A DNA stretch of 64,000 nucleotides from an uncultured Solirubrobacterales bacterium. Lineage in GTDB: Bacteria; Actinomycetota; Thermoleophilia; Solirubrobacterales; 70-9. The stretch lies in the NCBI GenBank assembly GCA_963746615.1, contig CAVVBU010000017.1:27404-91403 (forward strand). Reading direction: 5' to 3'. Shown one piece after another: positions 27,504 to 36,154 of the stretch; the stretch's first letter is position 1, and every line of letters starts with the position of its first letter. Under the pieces are notes generated by a model, which was given only the letters and a program-made list of their open reading frames with translations, did no database searches and was not told the DNA's origin. A program made the translations under genes and the position numbers.

Positions 27504-28339
27504 GTCTTGCAGTAGGCGAAACCCGTGAGCGTTGAATCTACGCCGTCGGCGAGGGCCGAGGTCTTCCATCCGCGGCTTCCCACGCGCCTGGAGCTGAGAC
27601 GACAATGCCCCGGCGTCGACCCCCATCGTCTGCTCGACGTGACCGTCGAATCCCCCCGCCACCGCCTTCCGCCCTCGCGGGCACCTCGGCGTGGTCGACC
27701 CGGTCTCGCCGGAGCTGATGTCCGCATCCTTCGACCTCGTCGTCAACCCGGGCCCGTGCTTGTCGCAGTAGGCGGACGCCTCCAGCGTGCCCGGGTCCGC
27801 GCCCGCGTTGAAGCCTGAGGCCTTCCAGGACTGCGTTTGCTCGACCCGCTTCGATGCGAAGGTGACGACCGCGGCCCCGGCCTTGTCGAACTCCGGTGTG
27901 GTGAAGCCGCCCGACACCGCCTCGCTTCCGGACGGGCACCTCGCGGTCACCGAGTCGAGCACGTCGGGACCGATGACCTTCGCCTTCGAGGCGACCTTCA
28001 GGCCCGGCTGGTTCGTGTCGCAGTAGGCGAACGACGTCAGCGTCCCCCGCTCCACCGCCGGAATTGCGTGCCGACACCTGCCAGGTCCGCCCCCTTTTCG
28101 CTTCGAGCTGAAGGTGGAGATCGCCGGCCCGGGACCGGTGGGATCGAAGCCGGGTTCGCGAAGCCGCCCGACACCGCCTCGCTCCCCCTCGCGCAGCGGG
28201 CGGCCACCGAGCCGTTCGTCTGCTGGGGGACGCTAGTGCTCTTCGACGCGGTGACGACCGTCGCGCCAGCCACCCCCGCCGCTACGAGGCAGGTGACGGC
28301 GAAGGCCGTGGCGACCCCGCCCCACGTGAACCCGCACAT
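27500..28339 (-). pseudogene. secreted Cys-containing protein with three ~85-aa internal repeats; multiple frame changes
   Basis: ATG at 28339 with AAGGAG 6 nt upstream; signal/TM MCGFTWGGVATAFAVTCLVAAGVAGATVVTA. Repeat signature: RC-x-x-GSEAVSGGF ... (F/L)(S/A)S(K/R)R ... W ... (F/S)AYC(D/K). Following this signature requires frame changes near 28150-28154, 28090, 28044-28048 and 27594-27607. The protein ends ...TLTGFAYCKT* at 27500. Confidence 0.55.
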
Positions 28340-28718
28340 CTGGTGCTCCTTGTTCTGCACGCCGCCTCGGGGGATCGTGCCCCTCCGCACCTTACACGCG
28401 ATCGGACGGTATGAGCGCGTGCGAAAGCTGGCGCAGCTGGTGACCTACGTGTCTTTTTGGCGACGAAGGGGATGACCCGGAACCGCTTGCAGGAGTCGTG
28501 GCACTCGGAATGCCTCAGCTCCGCGTTCGTTCGAGCAGGTTCCGGAGCTCGAGCTGAGATTGGGGGTTTGACAGTCGTCCCGCTAACTCCATCGCATGCT
28601 TGCTCCATCGAGTGGTCGAGCAGCAACGGCCGCGCACGGCGGCTCGTCGCGCCTGGGTGGAAGCCGACCGTTCATGGAGACCCTTGACCACGCGCCACGG
28701 GGCGCCTTTTCTCAGTTG

Positions 28719-28737
28719 GTCAAACGCGGGGTTTGAC
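28719..28737. promoter_or_regulatory. perfect inverted repeat GTCAAAC-N5-GTTTGAC just upstream of a TAGGGT -10-like box
   Basis: GTCAAAC gcggg GTTTGAC lies at 28719-28737. TAGGGT (28740-28745) is followed 6 nt later by the codon that aligns with the N-terminus of the SHOCT gene. This geometry fits an operator plus a leaderless promoter. Confidence 0.3.
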
Positions 28738-28751
28738 GATAGGGTCACGCC

Positions 28752-29235
28752 ATCGGACTCTTCAAGAGCAAGCGCAAGAAGGCTGAGGATCTGTTTCAAA
28801 CCGGCGCCAAGGGCGCCGGGACCGTGATTCAGGTGCAGGACACCGGGACGACGATCAACGACAACCCTCGGGTGAAGATGGTCTTTCGCATCGAGCCGCT
28901 GGACGGCGGGGAGGCCTTCGACGTGCAGAAGACCACCACGGTCTCGCGGGTCGAGATCCCGCGCCAGGGCGACCGCTATCCGGTCTGGTACGACCCGCAG
29001 GACCCCACGGGGACCTGGGCCTACGCCACGATCGCTGACGATGAGGGGCGCAACACGATGCGCCAGCTCTTCGGGGACGTAGCCGAGACCTTCGTCGGCA
29101 TGGGGGCTCCCGCCGCTCCCGCTCCGCAGGGCCAGGACAACGTCGCAGCAGATCAAGCAGCTCGCCGATCTGCACGCTCAGGGCATCATCACCGACGAGG
29201 AATTCGCGGACCAAAAGGCGAAGCTGCTCGGCTGA
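28752..29235 (+). pseudogene. SHOCT domain protein; start position reads ATC and the C-terminal SHOCT domain is out of frame
   Basis: The in-frame N-terminus is (I)GLFKSKRKKAEDLFQTGAKGAGTVIQVQDTGTTINDNPRVKMVF.., with no ATG, GTG or TTG before 28824. After ..APAPQGQDNV, a shift near 29135-29145 gives QQIKQLADLHAQGIITDEEFADQKAKLLG* (SHOCT signature). Confidence 0.6.
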
Positions 29236-29370
29236 ACCGCAACACCCATCAGGGCCGCATCGGGGGCGCGGCCTCTGCTCCATCGAGGGTTTCAGACGAC
29301 ACCTGGGCGTTTGAGCAATCTAGGATTACGTCATTGCCGACTCCCTTTGGATTCGCGAAGAGGCGCTGAT

Positions 29371-29793
29371 TTGACGCTCGGCGAAGGAGAAAAGGACCAA
29401 CTCGTTGGCGGCGAGCTGCTCGCCGCGATCTCCACCACGATCGTCTCGATCCTGCGCGAGCACTACGGTCGCGGGCCGATGAAGGCGAAGACCTACGTGC
29501 TCGACGACCTCGTGGTCTGCGTGCTGCGGAACGGCTTCATCGCCATCGAGGAGACGATGATGCAGCAGGGGCGCGAGAAGGAAGTCGTCGAGATGCGGCA
29601 CGAGTTCCAACGGATGATGGGTGAGCGCTACCAGCAGGAGATCGAGAGGCTGACCGGCCGCAAGGTCGTGGCCTTTCTCAGCCAGGCGCACGTCCAGCCG
29701 GACATCACCCTCGAGGTCTTCTTCATGGACGAGCCGCTGCCGGGATTCGGCGCGCTCGAGCTTGAGCCGGAGGCTGAAGAGGAAACCGACTGA
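29371..29793 (+). CDS. DUF2294 (MpsC-like) family protein
   Basis: ISTTIVSILREHYGRGPMKAKTYVLDDLVVCVLRNGF..IEETM ... RKVVAFLSQAHVQPDITLEVFFMDE is the typical DUF2294 pattern. The TTG start at 29371 is tentative. Confidence 0.75.
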   Translation: MTLGEGEKDQLVGGELLAAISTTIVSILREHYGRGPMKAKTYVLDDLVVCVLRNGFIAIEETMMQQGREKEVVEMRHEFQRMMGERYQQEIERLTGRKVVAFLSQAHVQPDITLEVFFMDEPLPGFGALELEPEAEEETD

Positions 29794-29895
29794 AAAGGGC
29801 CGGACTTTGGGTGGAATCCGCTCTTGTGTCGAGAACGGGTTGGCGGGAGAATCCAGCGACAAGGCATCGCCACCGACCCACGAGCAGGAGGAAGC

Positions 29896-30165
29896 ATGCA
29901 TTTCCTCGCGACTCAGGTCGAGCGGATGCTTTCGGATCGTCGTCCCTTCGATGAGATCGAGGATCGCATCGAGGGAATGTCGGTTTCGGATGACAAGAAG
30001 GCGGCCCTGTGGCTACTCGCGTGGAGCGGGCAGGCCGAGTGGGTTCGGCGCCGGACTGTCGCTGAAGTTCTGACCTCCACAGCAACACGGATTCCGGCTG
30101 GCCCTGATCTCGCTCGACCTGCTGAGCGCCATCGGGCACGGCAGCCTCACGCGAGCTCGATGTGA
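29896..30165 (+). CDS. hypothetical small protein
   Basis: ATG at 29896 preceded by GAGCAGGAGGAAGC. MHFLATQVERMLSDRRPFDEIEDRIEGMSVSDDKKAALWLLAWSGQAEW.. The C-terminal third looks low quality. No family recognised. Confidence 0.35.
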   Translation: MHFLATQVERMLSDRRPFDEIEDRIEGMSVSDDKKAALWLLAWSGQAEWVRRRTVAEVLTSTATRIPAGPDLARPAERHRARQPHASSM

Positions 30166-30195
30166 TCGCCGGCTGAGCCTCACAACCAATGCCCC

Positions 30196-30360
30196 TCAGC
30201 GGGTGTGGAATACGTGGCCGCAGTGCTCGCAGACCTCGGATTTCAGAGGGGTCCGGTCGCCGCAGCGGGGGCACTTCTTGTTGCGGCTTGGTACCCAGAG
30301 GAGGCGCCCCACCAGAAAGGCCACCACCACAACAAGCGCGACGATGATCGCGATCGTCAT
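30196..30360 (-). CDS. small membrane-anchored zinc-ribbon protein (54 aa; below ORF-track cutoff)
   Basis: Minus-strand ATG at 30360: MTIAIIVALVVVVAFLVGRLLWVPSRNKKCPRCGDRTPLKSEVCEHCGHVFHTR*. It has one TM helix followed by a CxxC...CxxC knuckle pair. GAGGCGAGG lies upstream. Confidence 0.45.
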   Translation of the reverse strand: MTIAIIVALVVVVAFLVGRLLWVPSRNKKCPRCGDRTPLKSEVCEHCGHVFHTR

Positions 30361-30511
30361 CGGAACCTCGCCTCGGCCGGTTTCACACCGAGCACGGAAC
30401 GCACGATAGCGGCGCGGGTCGGACGAACCGCCCGCGGCGGGCAGGTGCCACGAGACCAGGCGGGAATGTCACAGTTGCGTCAATGGTCGGCCTTCCACAC
30501 CGTCTGACCGC

Positions 30512-31432
30512 GTGAGGTTCCCGCGCCGCATCGTCCGCGTCGCGGTCTGGCTGCTGCAGTGGCTTCCTCAGCGGCTGCCCATCTCGACCCAGGCGCGCCG
30601 CCGCGCGCTCGAGCTGTCGGCGCGAGCGCTCCGCCTGCCGCGCGCGGTGACCGTGACCCGAGAACAGCTCGGCGGCGTGCCCGCCGCCCGCTTTCAGCAT
30701 CGCGATGCGAATCCCGAGCGCGCGGTGCTCCACCTGCACGGCGGCGCCTACACGACCTGCTCCTCGAGGACGCACGCCGGCTTTGCCGCCCACCTATCGG
30801 TCGCGACCGGCGCGCCGGTGCACGTGCCCGACTACCGCCTGGCGCCCGAGCACCCCTACCCAGCTGCCATCGAGGACGCGGTGGCCGCCTACAGGGGCCT
30901 GCTGGAGGCCGGGCTCGCGTCGGACCAGGTCGCCGTCAGCGGCGATTCCGCCGGGGGCGGCCTGACGCTGGCCCTCTGCCTGCGCCTGCGCGACCTCGGC
31001 GAGCCGCTTCCGACGGGCCTCGCCCTGCTCTGCCCCTGGCTCGACCTGACGCTGTCGGGCGAGTCGCTGAGGAGGAACCTTCGACGCGACGCCGGGCTCT
31101 ACGGTCCTTCGCTGCGCGCGGACGCGGCGGCCTATTGCGGCTCGAGCGACCCGCTCGCGCCCGAGCTCTCGCCGCTCGGGGCCGACCTCGAGGGGCTGCC
31201 GCCGATCCACCTGCAGGGAGCCGCCGACGATGTCCTGGTCAGCGACGCCGATCGCTTCGCGAAGAGGGCGCGGGCGGCCGGGGTGCTGAGCGATTACGGC
31301 CGCTTCGAGGGGGTCTGGCACGACTTCCAGCTCGTCGCCGGCCCGCTCGGCGACGCCGACCAGGCCGTGCTGGATATCGCCCACGCCCTGGAGGCCTGCT
31401 GGGCCCCCCACCAGGTCGCCGAAGGCGCCTGA
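30512..31432 (+). CDS. alpha/beta hydrolase fold-3 esterase/lipase (HSL family)
   Basis: LHLHGGAYTTCS (HGG oxyanion motif), VAVSGDSAGGGLTLAL (G-D-S-A-G nucleophile) and a C-terminal GVWHDF. Confidence 0.85.
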   Translation: MRFPRRIVRVAVWLLQWLPQRLPISTQARRRALELSARALRLPRAVTVTREQLGGVPAARFQHRDANPERAVLHLHGGAYTTCSSRTHAGFAAHLSVATGAPVHVPDYRLAPEHPYPAAIEDAVAAYRGLLEAGLASDQVAVSGDSAGGGLTLALCLRLRDLGEPLPTGLALLCPWLDLTLSGESLRRNLRRDAGLYGPSLRADAAAYCGSSDPLAPELSPLGADLEGLPPIHLQGAADDVLVSDADRFAKRARAAGVLSDYGRFEGVWHDFQLVAGPLGDADQAVLDIAHALEACWAPHQVAEGA

Positions 31433-31434
31433 GC

Positions 31435-33297
31435 ATGCACGACATCGTCGAGTTCCTGCGCCAGTACCCGCCCTTCGACGATCTCGACGAGGAGGCGTTG
31501 GACGAGCTCTCCGCCTCGACCGAGGTCGAATACTTCACCGCCGGGACCACGATTTTCGCCCAGTCGGCGGACCCGCTCGATCACGCCTTCATGGTCCGTC
31601 GCGGCATGGTCGAGCTCGTCGACCGTGGCGAGGTGATTGACCAGCTCGGCGAAGGCGAGCTCTTCGGCCACCCCTCGATGCTGGCGGGGCGCCCCACCGA
31701 GTTCGAGGCATGCGCGGGCGAAGACACGCTCTGCTACCGGATGCCCGCGGAAGTCGTGACGCCTTTGCTTACGCGGCCGGCCGGACTCCGCTTCGTCACC
31801 CGAACCCTGCTCTCGCGGCTGAAGCCGGACCCCGCGCAGTTTCCCGCCAACATCGATCCGGCCCAGCAGCCTGCGGCATCCCTCGTGCGGCAGAAGCCCC
31901 TGATCTGCGACCCCGGCGACTCGCTCCGCACGGTCGCCAGGCAGATGAACGAGGCGGGTGCCAGCTCGGCGCTGATCCGCCTCGGCGAGGGCACGTTCGG
32001 CGTGCTCACCGACCACGACCTCAGGTTCAAGGTCGTGGCCGACGGCATCTCGGTCGATGCGCCGGTGAGCAAGGTGATGACGGCGCCCGCCTTCACCGTT
32101 GGTCCCGACCAGCTCGGCGCCGAGATCATGCTCGAGATGCTCGATCGGGGTGTGCGCCACGTTCCCGTCGTCTCCCCTCTCGGCGACGCCCTCGGGGTGC
32201 TCACCGACATGGACCTGCTCGCCGCCCGGACCGGCACGCCCTTCGTGCTGCGGCGGGCGATCAGCGAGGCCGACGACTTCGACGGCGTCAAACGTGCGGC
32301 CAGGCGCCTGCGGCCGACGGTGGTCGACCTCCACGACGCCCGCATGGCCCCGATGCAGATCGCGGGGATCATCTCCGTGGTCGCCGACGCGCTCACCAGG
32401 CGGCTGCTGGAGCTGACGATCGAGGAGCTCGGCCCGCCGCCTCGCGCCTTCACCTGGCTCGCGCTCGGCAGCCTCGGCCGGCGGGAGGCCGTGCCCTCCT
32501 CGGACATCGATTCGGCGATCGTCTGGGCCGATGGCGGTGAGGGCGGTGGCGGGGGTTCAGGCGAGCCGGAGGACTACATGCAGCGGCTCGGCGCCCGGGT
32601 GGTCGCGGGGCTCGGCGAGACGGGCTTCTCCCCCGACACCCACGGCGTGACCGCGGACAAGCCACTGTTCGAGCGTTCCTACGAGGGCTGGCGCAGTCTG
32701 ATCAGGCGGTCGATCGAGGAGCCCAGCGACGTCCGAGCGATGGTGCTCTCCCTGTTGCTTGACGCCCGACCGGTGTTCGAACGCGGCGACATTCGCGACC
32801 CGCTCGAGGAGTTGCAGCACGGCCGCCACCGCCGCGGTCTGAGCCGGCTGATGCTGACCCTCGCACTCGCCCACAAGCCCCCCAGCGGCTTCCTGCGGCT
32901 GCGCCACTCGCCGCGCGACTTCGTGGTCGAGTCCTCGGGCGAGCACCGCGGACGGCTCGACATCAAGCACGGGGGCCTGCTGCCGATCAACTCGATCGCC
33001 CGCTACGCCGGCCTGGCCACCGGCGCCCGCACGACCTCCACCGCCGAGCGGCTGCGGATCGCCGGCACGGCGGGCACGATTGAGGGCCACGAGGCCCGCA
33101 CGCTGGAGGAGGCCTACAGCCTGTTCTGGGGCCTGCGGCTGGAGCACCAGGTGGAGCAGATTCGCAACGGGGGCGAGCCCGACGACTACATCGACCCCGA
33201 GTTGCTCAACCCGCTCACCCGGCGCTACCTGCGCGACGCCTTCAACGCGGTGCGCGGCGTACAGCGGGCGCTGTCCAACGAGCTGCGCTTCGCGTGA
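31435..33297 (+). CDS. cNMP-binding / tandem-CBS / DUF294 putative nucleotidyltransferase
   Basis: From ATG at 31435. N-terminal cyclic-nucleotide-binding-like domain (GELFGHPSMLAGRP), then two CBS domains (VMTAPAFTVGPDQ.. VRHVPVV), then the DUF294 core (WLALGSLGRREAVPSSDIDSAIVW) and the DUF294_C region. Confidence 0.85.
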   Translation: MHDIVEFLRQYPPFDDLDEEALDELSASTEVEYFTAGTTIFAQSADPLDHAFMVRRGMVELVDRGEVIDQLGEGELFGHPSMLAGRPTEFEACAGEDTLCYRMPAEVVTPLLTRPAGLRFVTRTLLSRLKPDPAQFPANIDPAQQPAASLVRQKPLICDPGDSLRTVARQMNEAGASSALIRLGEGTFGVLTDHDLRFKVVADGISVDAPVSKVMTAPAFTVGPDQLGAEIMLEMLDRGVRHVPVVSPLGDALGVLTDMDLLAARTGTPFVLRRAISEADDFDGVKRAARRLRPTVVDLHDARMAPMQIAGIISVVADALTRRLLELTIEELGPPPRAFTWLALGSLGRREAVPSSDIDSAIVWADGGEGGGGGSGEPEDYMQRLGARVVAGLGETGFSPDTHGVTADKPLFERSYEGWRSLIRRSIEEPSDVRAMVLSLLLDARPVFERGDIRDPLEELQHGRHRRGLSRLMLTLALAHKPPSGFLRLRHSPRDFVVESSGEHRGRLDIKHGGLLPINSIARYAGLATGARTTSTAERLRIAGTAGTIEGHEARTLEEAYSLFWGLRLEHQVEQIRNGGEPDDYIDPELLNPLTRRYLRDAFNAVRGVQRALSNELRFA

Positions 33298-33959
33298 GGC
33301 TGCCTGCGCTCCTCGGGCGCCGCCACCGCTCCGCCGCCGCCAGAGCGTATGAAGCGGCCGGGCCACCCGGCGAAGACACGCCCTGGCGAGACGCTCCCTA
33401 CGCGGTCGTCGACCTCGAGACCACCGGGCTCGACCCCGCGCGCGCCGAGATCATCTCCTTCGCCTCCGTCCCGATCGACGAAGGGCGCATCCGGGCGGGG
33501 GCGGTCCGCACCTTGGTGGTCAGGCCGAAGCGGATGCCGAAAGCCGAGACGATCCGCATCCACGGCCTGCGCCCCGTCGATCTTGCCGAGGCTCCGCCCC
33601 TCTCGCAGGCGCTCGACCCGATCCTGGAGTCCCTCGCCGGCCGGGTCATCGTCGCCCACGCTGCCTGGGTGGAACGGGGGTTCCTGAGCACGGCTCTGAA
33701 GCCGGCGAAGCTGAGGGTGGCGGAGCCCATCCTCGACACCGTGCGGCTCGCGGGCGCCGTGCTCACCGGCGGTGAGGCGGCGCCCAGAAGCCTCCAGCTT
33801 TCGGACGCGGCGCGCATGATGGGGCTCCCGATCCACCGCCCCCACCATGCGGATGGCGACGCGCTGACGACCGCGCAGCTCTTCCTGGCGCTCGCGAGCC
33901 GGCTAGAGCAGGACGGACCACAGACCGTCGGCTCGCTGGCTCGCCTATCGAGGGGCTGA
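33294..33959 (+). CDS. DnaQ-like 3'-5' exonuclease (DEDDh family)
   Basis: YAVVDLETTGLDP (ExoI), VIVAHAAWVERGFL (ExoII) and HHADGDALTTAQLF (ExoIII, H-x4-D). The GTG start overlaps the upstream stop. This is the known partner gene of DUF294 proteins. Confidence 0.8.
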   Translation: MRLPALLGRRHRSAAARAYEAAGPPGEDTPWRDAPYAVVDLETTGLDPARAEIISFASVPIDEGRIRAGAVRTLVVRPKRMPKAETIRIHGLRPVDLAEAPPLSQALDPILESLAGRVIVAHAAWVERGFLSTALKPAKLRVAEPILDTVRLAGAVLTGGEAAPRSLQLSDAARMMGLPIHRPHHADGDALTTAQLFLALASRLEQDGPQTVGSLARLSRG

Positions 33960-35045
33960 TCAAGGCCGGCCCTGGTTCGACACGTAGGCGAAGCCCCGGC
34001 GCAGGAGCTTCGGCACCTGGCCGAGGGGGTCGGGGGAGTCCAAGAGGACGACGCCGAGACTTCGGCCGCCAAGCTCCGCCGTGGTCACGTAGCAGCGCCC
34101 GGCGCCGTTGGTGAGGCCGGTCTTCAATCCCGTTACCCGGGCCGCGGGCAGCCCGGCGATCCCGCGCTGAACGAAGAAGTGGTTGTTGGCGAGGGAAAGG
34201 CGGCCGCCCTTGGTCGGGAATGGCGTCGAGGCGCGGCGACGCGAAGTGATCGAGGCGATCCAAGGGTTGGCGAGGTCGGCGCGCGCGAGCGCGCCCAGGT
34301 CGCGCGCGCAGGAGTAGTTGCCGGCGTCCTGGAGCCCCGCCGGCCCCGTGAACCGGGTGCAGCCGAGCCCCAGGCGCGCCGCCCGCCGGTTCATCCGGGC
34401 GACGAAGGCGGCGACTGTGCCCGCGTCGTGTTGGGCGAGGGCGACGGCGGCGTCGTTGCCCGAGGCCATCAGCAGCCCGAGAAAGAGCCCGCGGAGCGGC
34501 GCCGCCGTCCCGGCGCGCAGGACGCCGATCTTCGAGCCCTCCACCCTGGGCGCCTTGCGGCCGATCGCCACGCTCTCGTCGGGCCGGTGGCGCTCGGCGA
34601 TGACGAGCGCGGTCATCATCTTGGTCAGGCTGGCGATGGGCAGCTCGACGCCCGCGTGACGCGCCCACAGCGGCTTGCCCGTGTCGACGTCGAACAGCAG
34701 CCCGGCGGCCGGCGGCCGGCGCAGCCGGACGTCCACCGGCATCGGCGAGGGAATCGGGCCGATCGCGAACCTGGCCGCCTCCGGCCCCGGCGTCGGCGGC
34801 ACCGGCGGCCCCAGGATGGGGGCCTCGGGGCGACGATCCCGGTGGCGGGTTGCGGTTGGCTCTTCGGCTCCCGCGGGCCCGGCTCCGGCGGTTGATGCGG
34901 AGCTGAGTGCCGTCTGGCCGGCGCGGTCGGAGGTCTCGCCGGTGTCCCGCGGCCACAGCAGCGCGGCTCCTGCGACCACCCAGATGATGGTGGCCGCCAC
35001 GCTGATGATCGCCAGTCGCCGGATCTTCTTCATCCCCGTAAGCAT
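33960..35045 (-). CDS. D-alanyl-D-alanine carboxypeptidase (peptidase S11, low-MW PBP)
   Basis: N-terminal TM/signal sequence; IASLTKMMTALV (S-x-x-K), MASGNDAAVALA (S-x-N) and LKTGLTNGAG (K-T-G). Confidence 0.85.
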   Translation of the reverse strand: MLTGMKKIRRLAIISVAATIIWVVAGAALLWPRDTGETSDRAGQTALSSASTAGAGPAGAEEPTATRHRDRRPEAPILGPPVPPTPGPEAARFAIGPIPSPMPVDVRLRRPPAAGLLFDVDTGKPLWARHAGVELPIASLTKMMTALVIAERHRPDESVAIGRKAPRVEGSKIGVLRAGTAAPLRGLFLGLLMASGNDAAVALAQHDAGTVAAFVARMNRRAARLGLGCTRFTGPAGLQDAGNYSCARDLGALARADLANPWIASITSRRRASTPFPTKGGRLSLANNHFFVQRGIAGLPAARVTGLKTGLTNGAGRCYVTTAELGGRSLGVVLLDSPDPLGQVPKLLRRGFAYVSNQGRP

Positions 35046-35071
35046 CGCTTCCTGATCGCCTCAGTATCGCC

Positions 35072-35257
35072 TCAGTCGTCCGGCGGGTTGCGGATGGCGC
35101 CGATCAGGCCGGCGGCGATCATGCCGACGATCAGCAGGGCCGTGACGGTGAAGATGTCGAAGCCGGAGCCCGCGGCGACCGAGATCGTCATCGCGCCGAA
35201 GACCAGGCAGAAGGTGACCCCCAAGGCGAGCAGCGCCGTGCGCAGGCCGCGGTCCAC
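35072..35257 (-). CDS. small two-TM membrane protein (hypothetical)
   Basis: 61-aa ORF. Its GTG start lies 4 nt after the rhomboid stop. Two hydrophobic helices (LLALGVTFCLVFGAMTISVAA, TALLIVGMIAAGLIGAI). Confidence 0.45.
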   Translation of the reverse strand: MDRGLRTALLALGVTFCLVFGAMTISVAAGSGFDIFTVTALLIVGMIAAGLIGAIRNPPDD

Positions 35258-35260
35258 GGC

Positions 35261-36112
35261 CTAGATCGCGGGGGTCGGTTGCGGGGGCCCTCGGCGGCGG
35301 CCTGCGAACAGCCTGATCGCCGCCAGGCCGAAGATGAAGCCGCCAACGTGGGCGAAGTACGCGATCCCGCCCTGCCCTCCGGGCTCCACCACGACCTGCC
35401 CGAGCGCGGGCAGGAACTGGAGCACGAACCAGAGGCCGAGCAGGATCAGGGCCGGCACCTCGACCAGGGTGACGAAGAAGACGATGATGAACAGGGTCAG
35501 CACCTTCGCCTGCGGGTGCAGGAGCGCGTAGGCGCCGAGCACGCCGGCGACCGCGCCGCTGGCGCCGATCGTGGGCGCCGTGGAGTTGACGTCGAGCAGC
35601 GACTGCGAGTAGACGGCCACCAGCCCGGCGAGCAGGTAGAAGAGCACGAACTTCGGCCGGCCCATCGAGTCCTCGATGTTGTTGCCGAACACCCAGAGGA
35701 AGAGCATGTTCCCCGCGATGTGGAGGATCCCGCCCGCCATGAACATCGAGGTGAACAGGGTCACCCACCATGGCGCCTGATCCAGGGGGATCGGCTCCAG
35801 GCCCGGGTTGGCCTCGGCGCGAGCCTCGGCCTGGCGGAACTCGGTGGTGCCCTCGCAGACGACGCCGGGTTCGCCCTGGTTGGTGACCGCGCCGATCTCG
35901 CAGTTGTCGGCGTGGCTCGGATGCGTGATCCGGTAGGGGATCGCGCCGTAGTCGAGCGAGCTCTGGTCGATCGCGGAGAAGCCGACCTGGTCGAGCTTCG
36001 GGTCCGTCGGATAGGCGAGCTGCCAGATGAAGAAGGCGACGTTGATCGCGATCAGCGCCAGGGTCACCACCGGCAGGCGGGAGGTGGGAATGTTGTCCCT
36101 GAGCGGAAGCAC
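35261..36112 (-). CDS. rhomboid family intramembrane serine protease
   Basis: HIAGNMLFLWVFGNNIE, GASGAVAGVLGAY (catalytic Ser) and AHVGGFIFG (catalytic His). Confidence 0.9.
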   Translation of the reverse strand: MLPLRDNIPTSRLPVVTLALIAINVAFFIWQLAYPTDPKLDQVGFSAIDQSSLDYGAIPYRITHPSHADNCEIGAVTNQGEPGVVCEGTTEFRQAEARAEANPGLEPIPLDQAPWWVTLFTSMFMAGGILHIAGNMLFLWVFGNNIEDSMGRPKFVLFYLLAGLVAVYSQSLLDVNSTAPTIGASGAVAGVLGAYALLHPQAKVLTLFIIVFFVTLVEVPALILLGLWFVLQFLPALGQVVVEPGGQGGIAYFAHVGGFIFGLAAIRLFAGRRRGPPQPTPAI

Positions 36113-36154
36113 CCGGCCGGCGAAGCCTAGCCGCGGCTCTCGGCGCCGCGCGGC

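Noticed and set aside
28400-28750. ORFs 28457..28687(+), 28600..28827(+) and 28282..28626(-) in the 350-bp gap upstream of the SHOCT gene
   Set aside because: They have mixed GC3, no SD with proper spacing and no recognisable motifs. The region more likely holds the promoter and operator sequences, with GGGGTTTGAC occurring twice at about 28563 and 28727.
24993-30400. Integrated prophage or genomic island at tRNA-Ala(UGC)
   Set aside because: The patch looks accessory: small genes, lower-GC spots and decayed genes. However, I found no integrase, no phage structural genes and no direct repeat of the tRNA 3' end by eye. This cannot be excluded without a computational repeat search.
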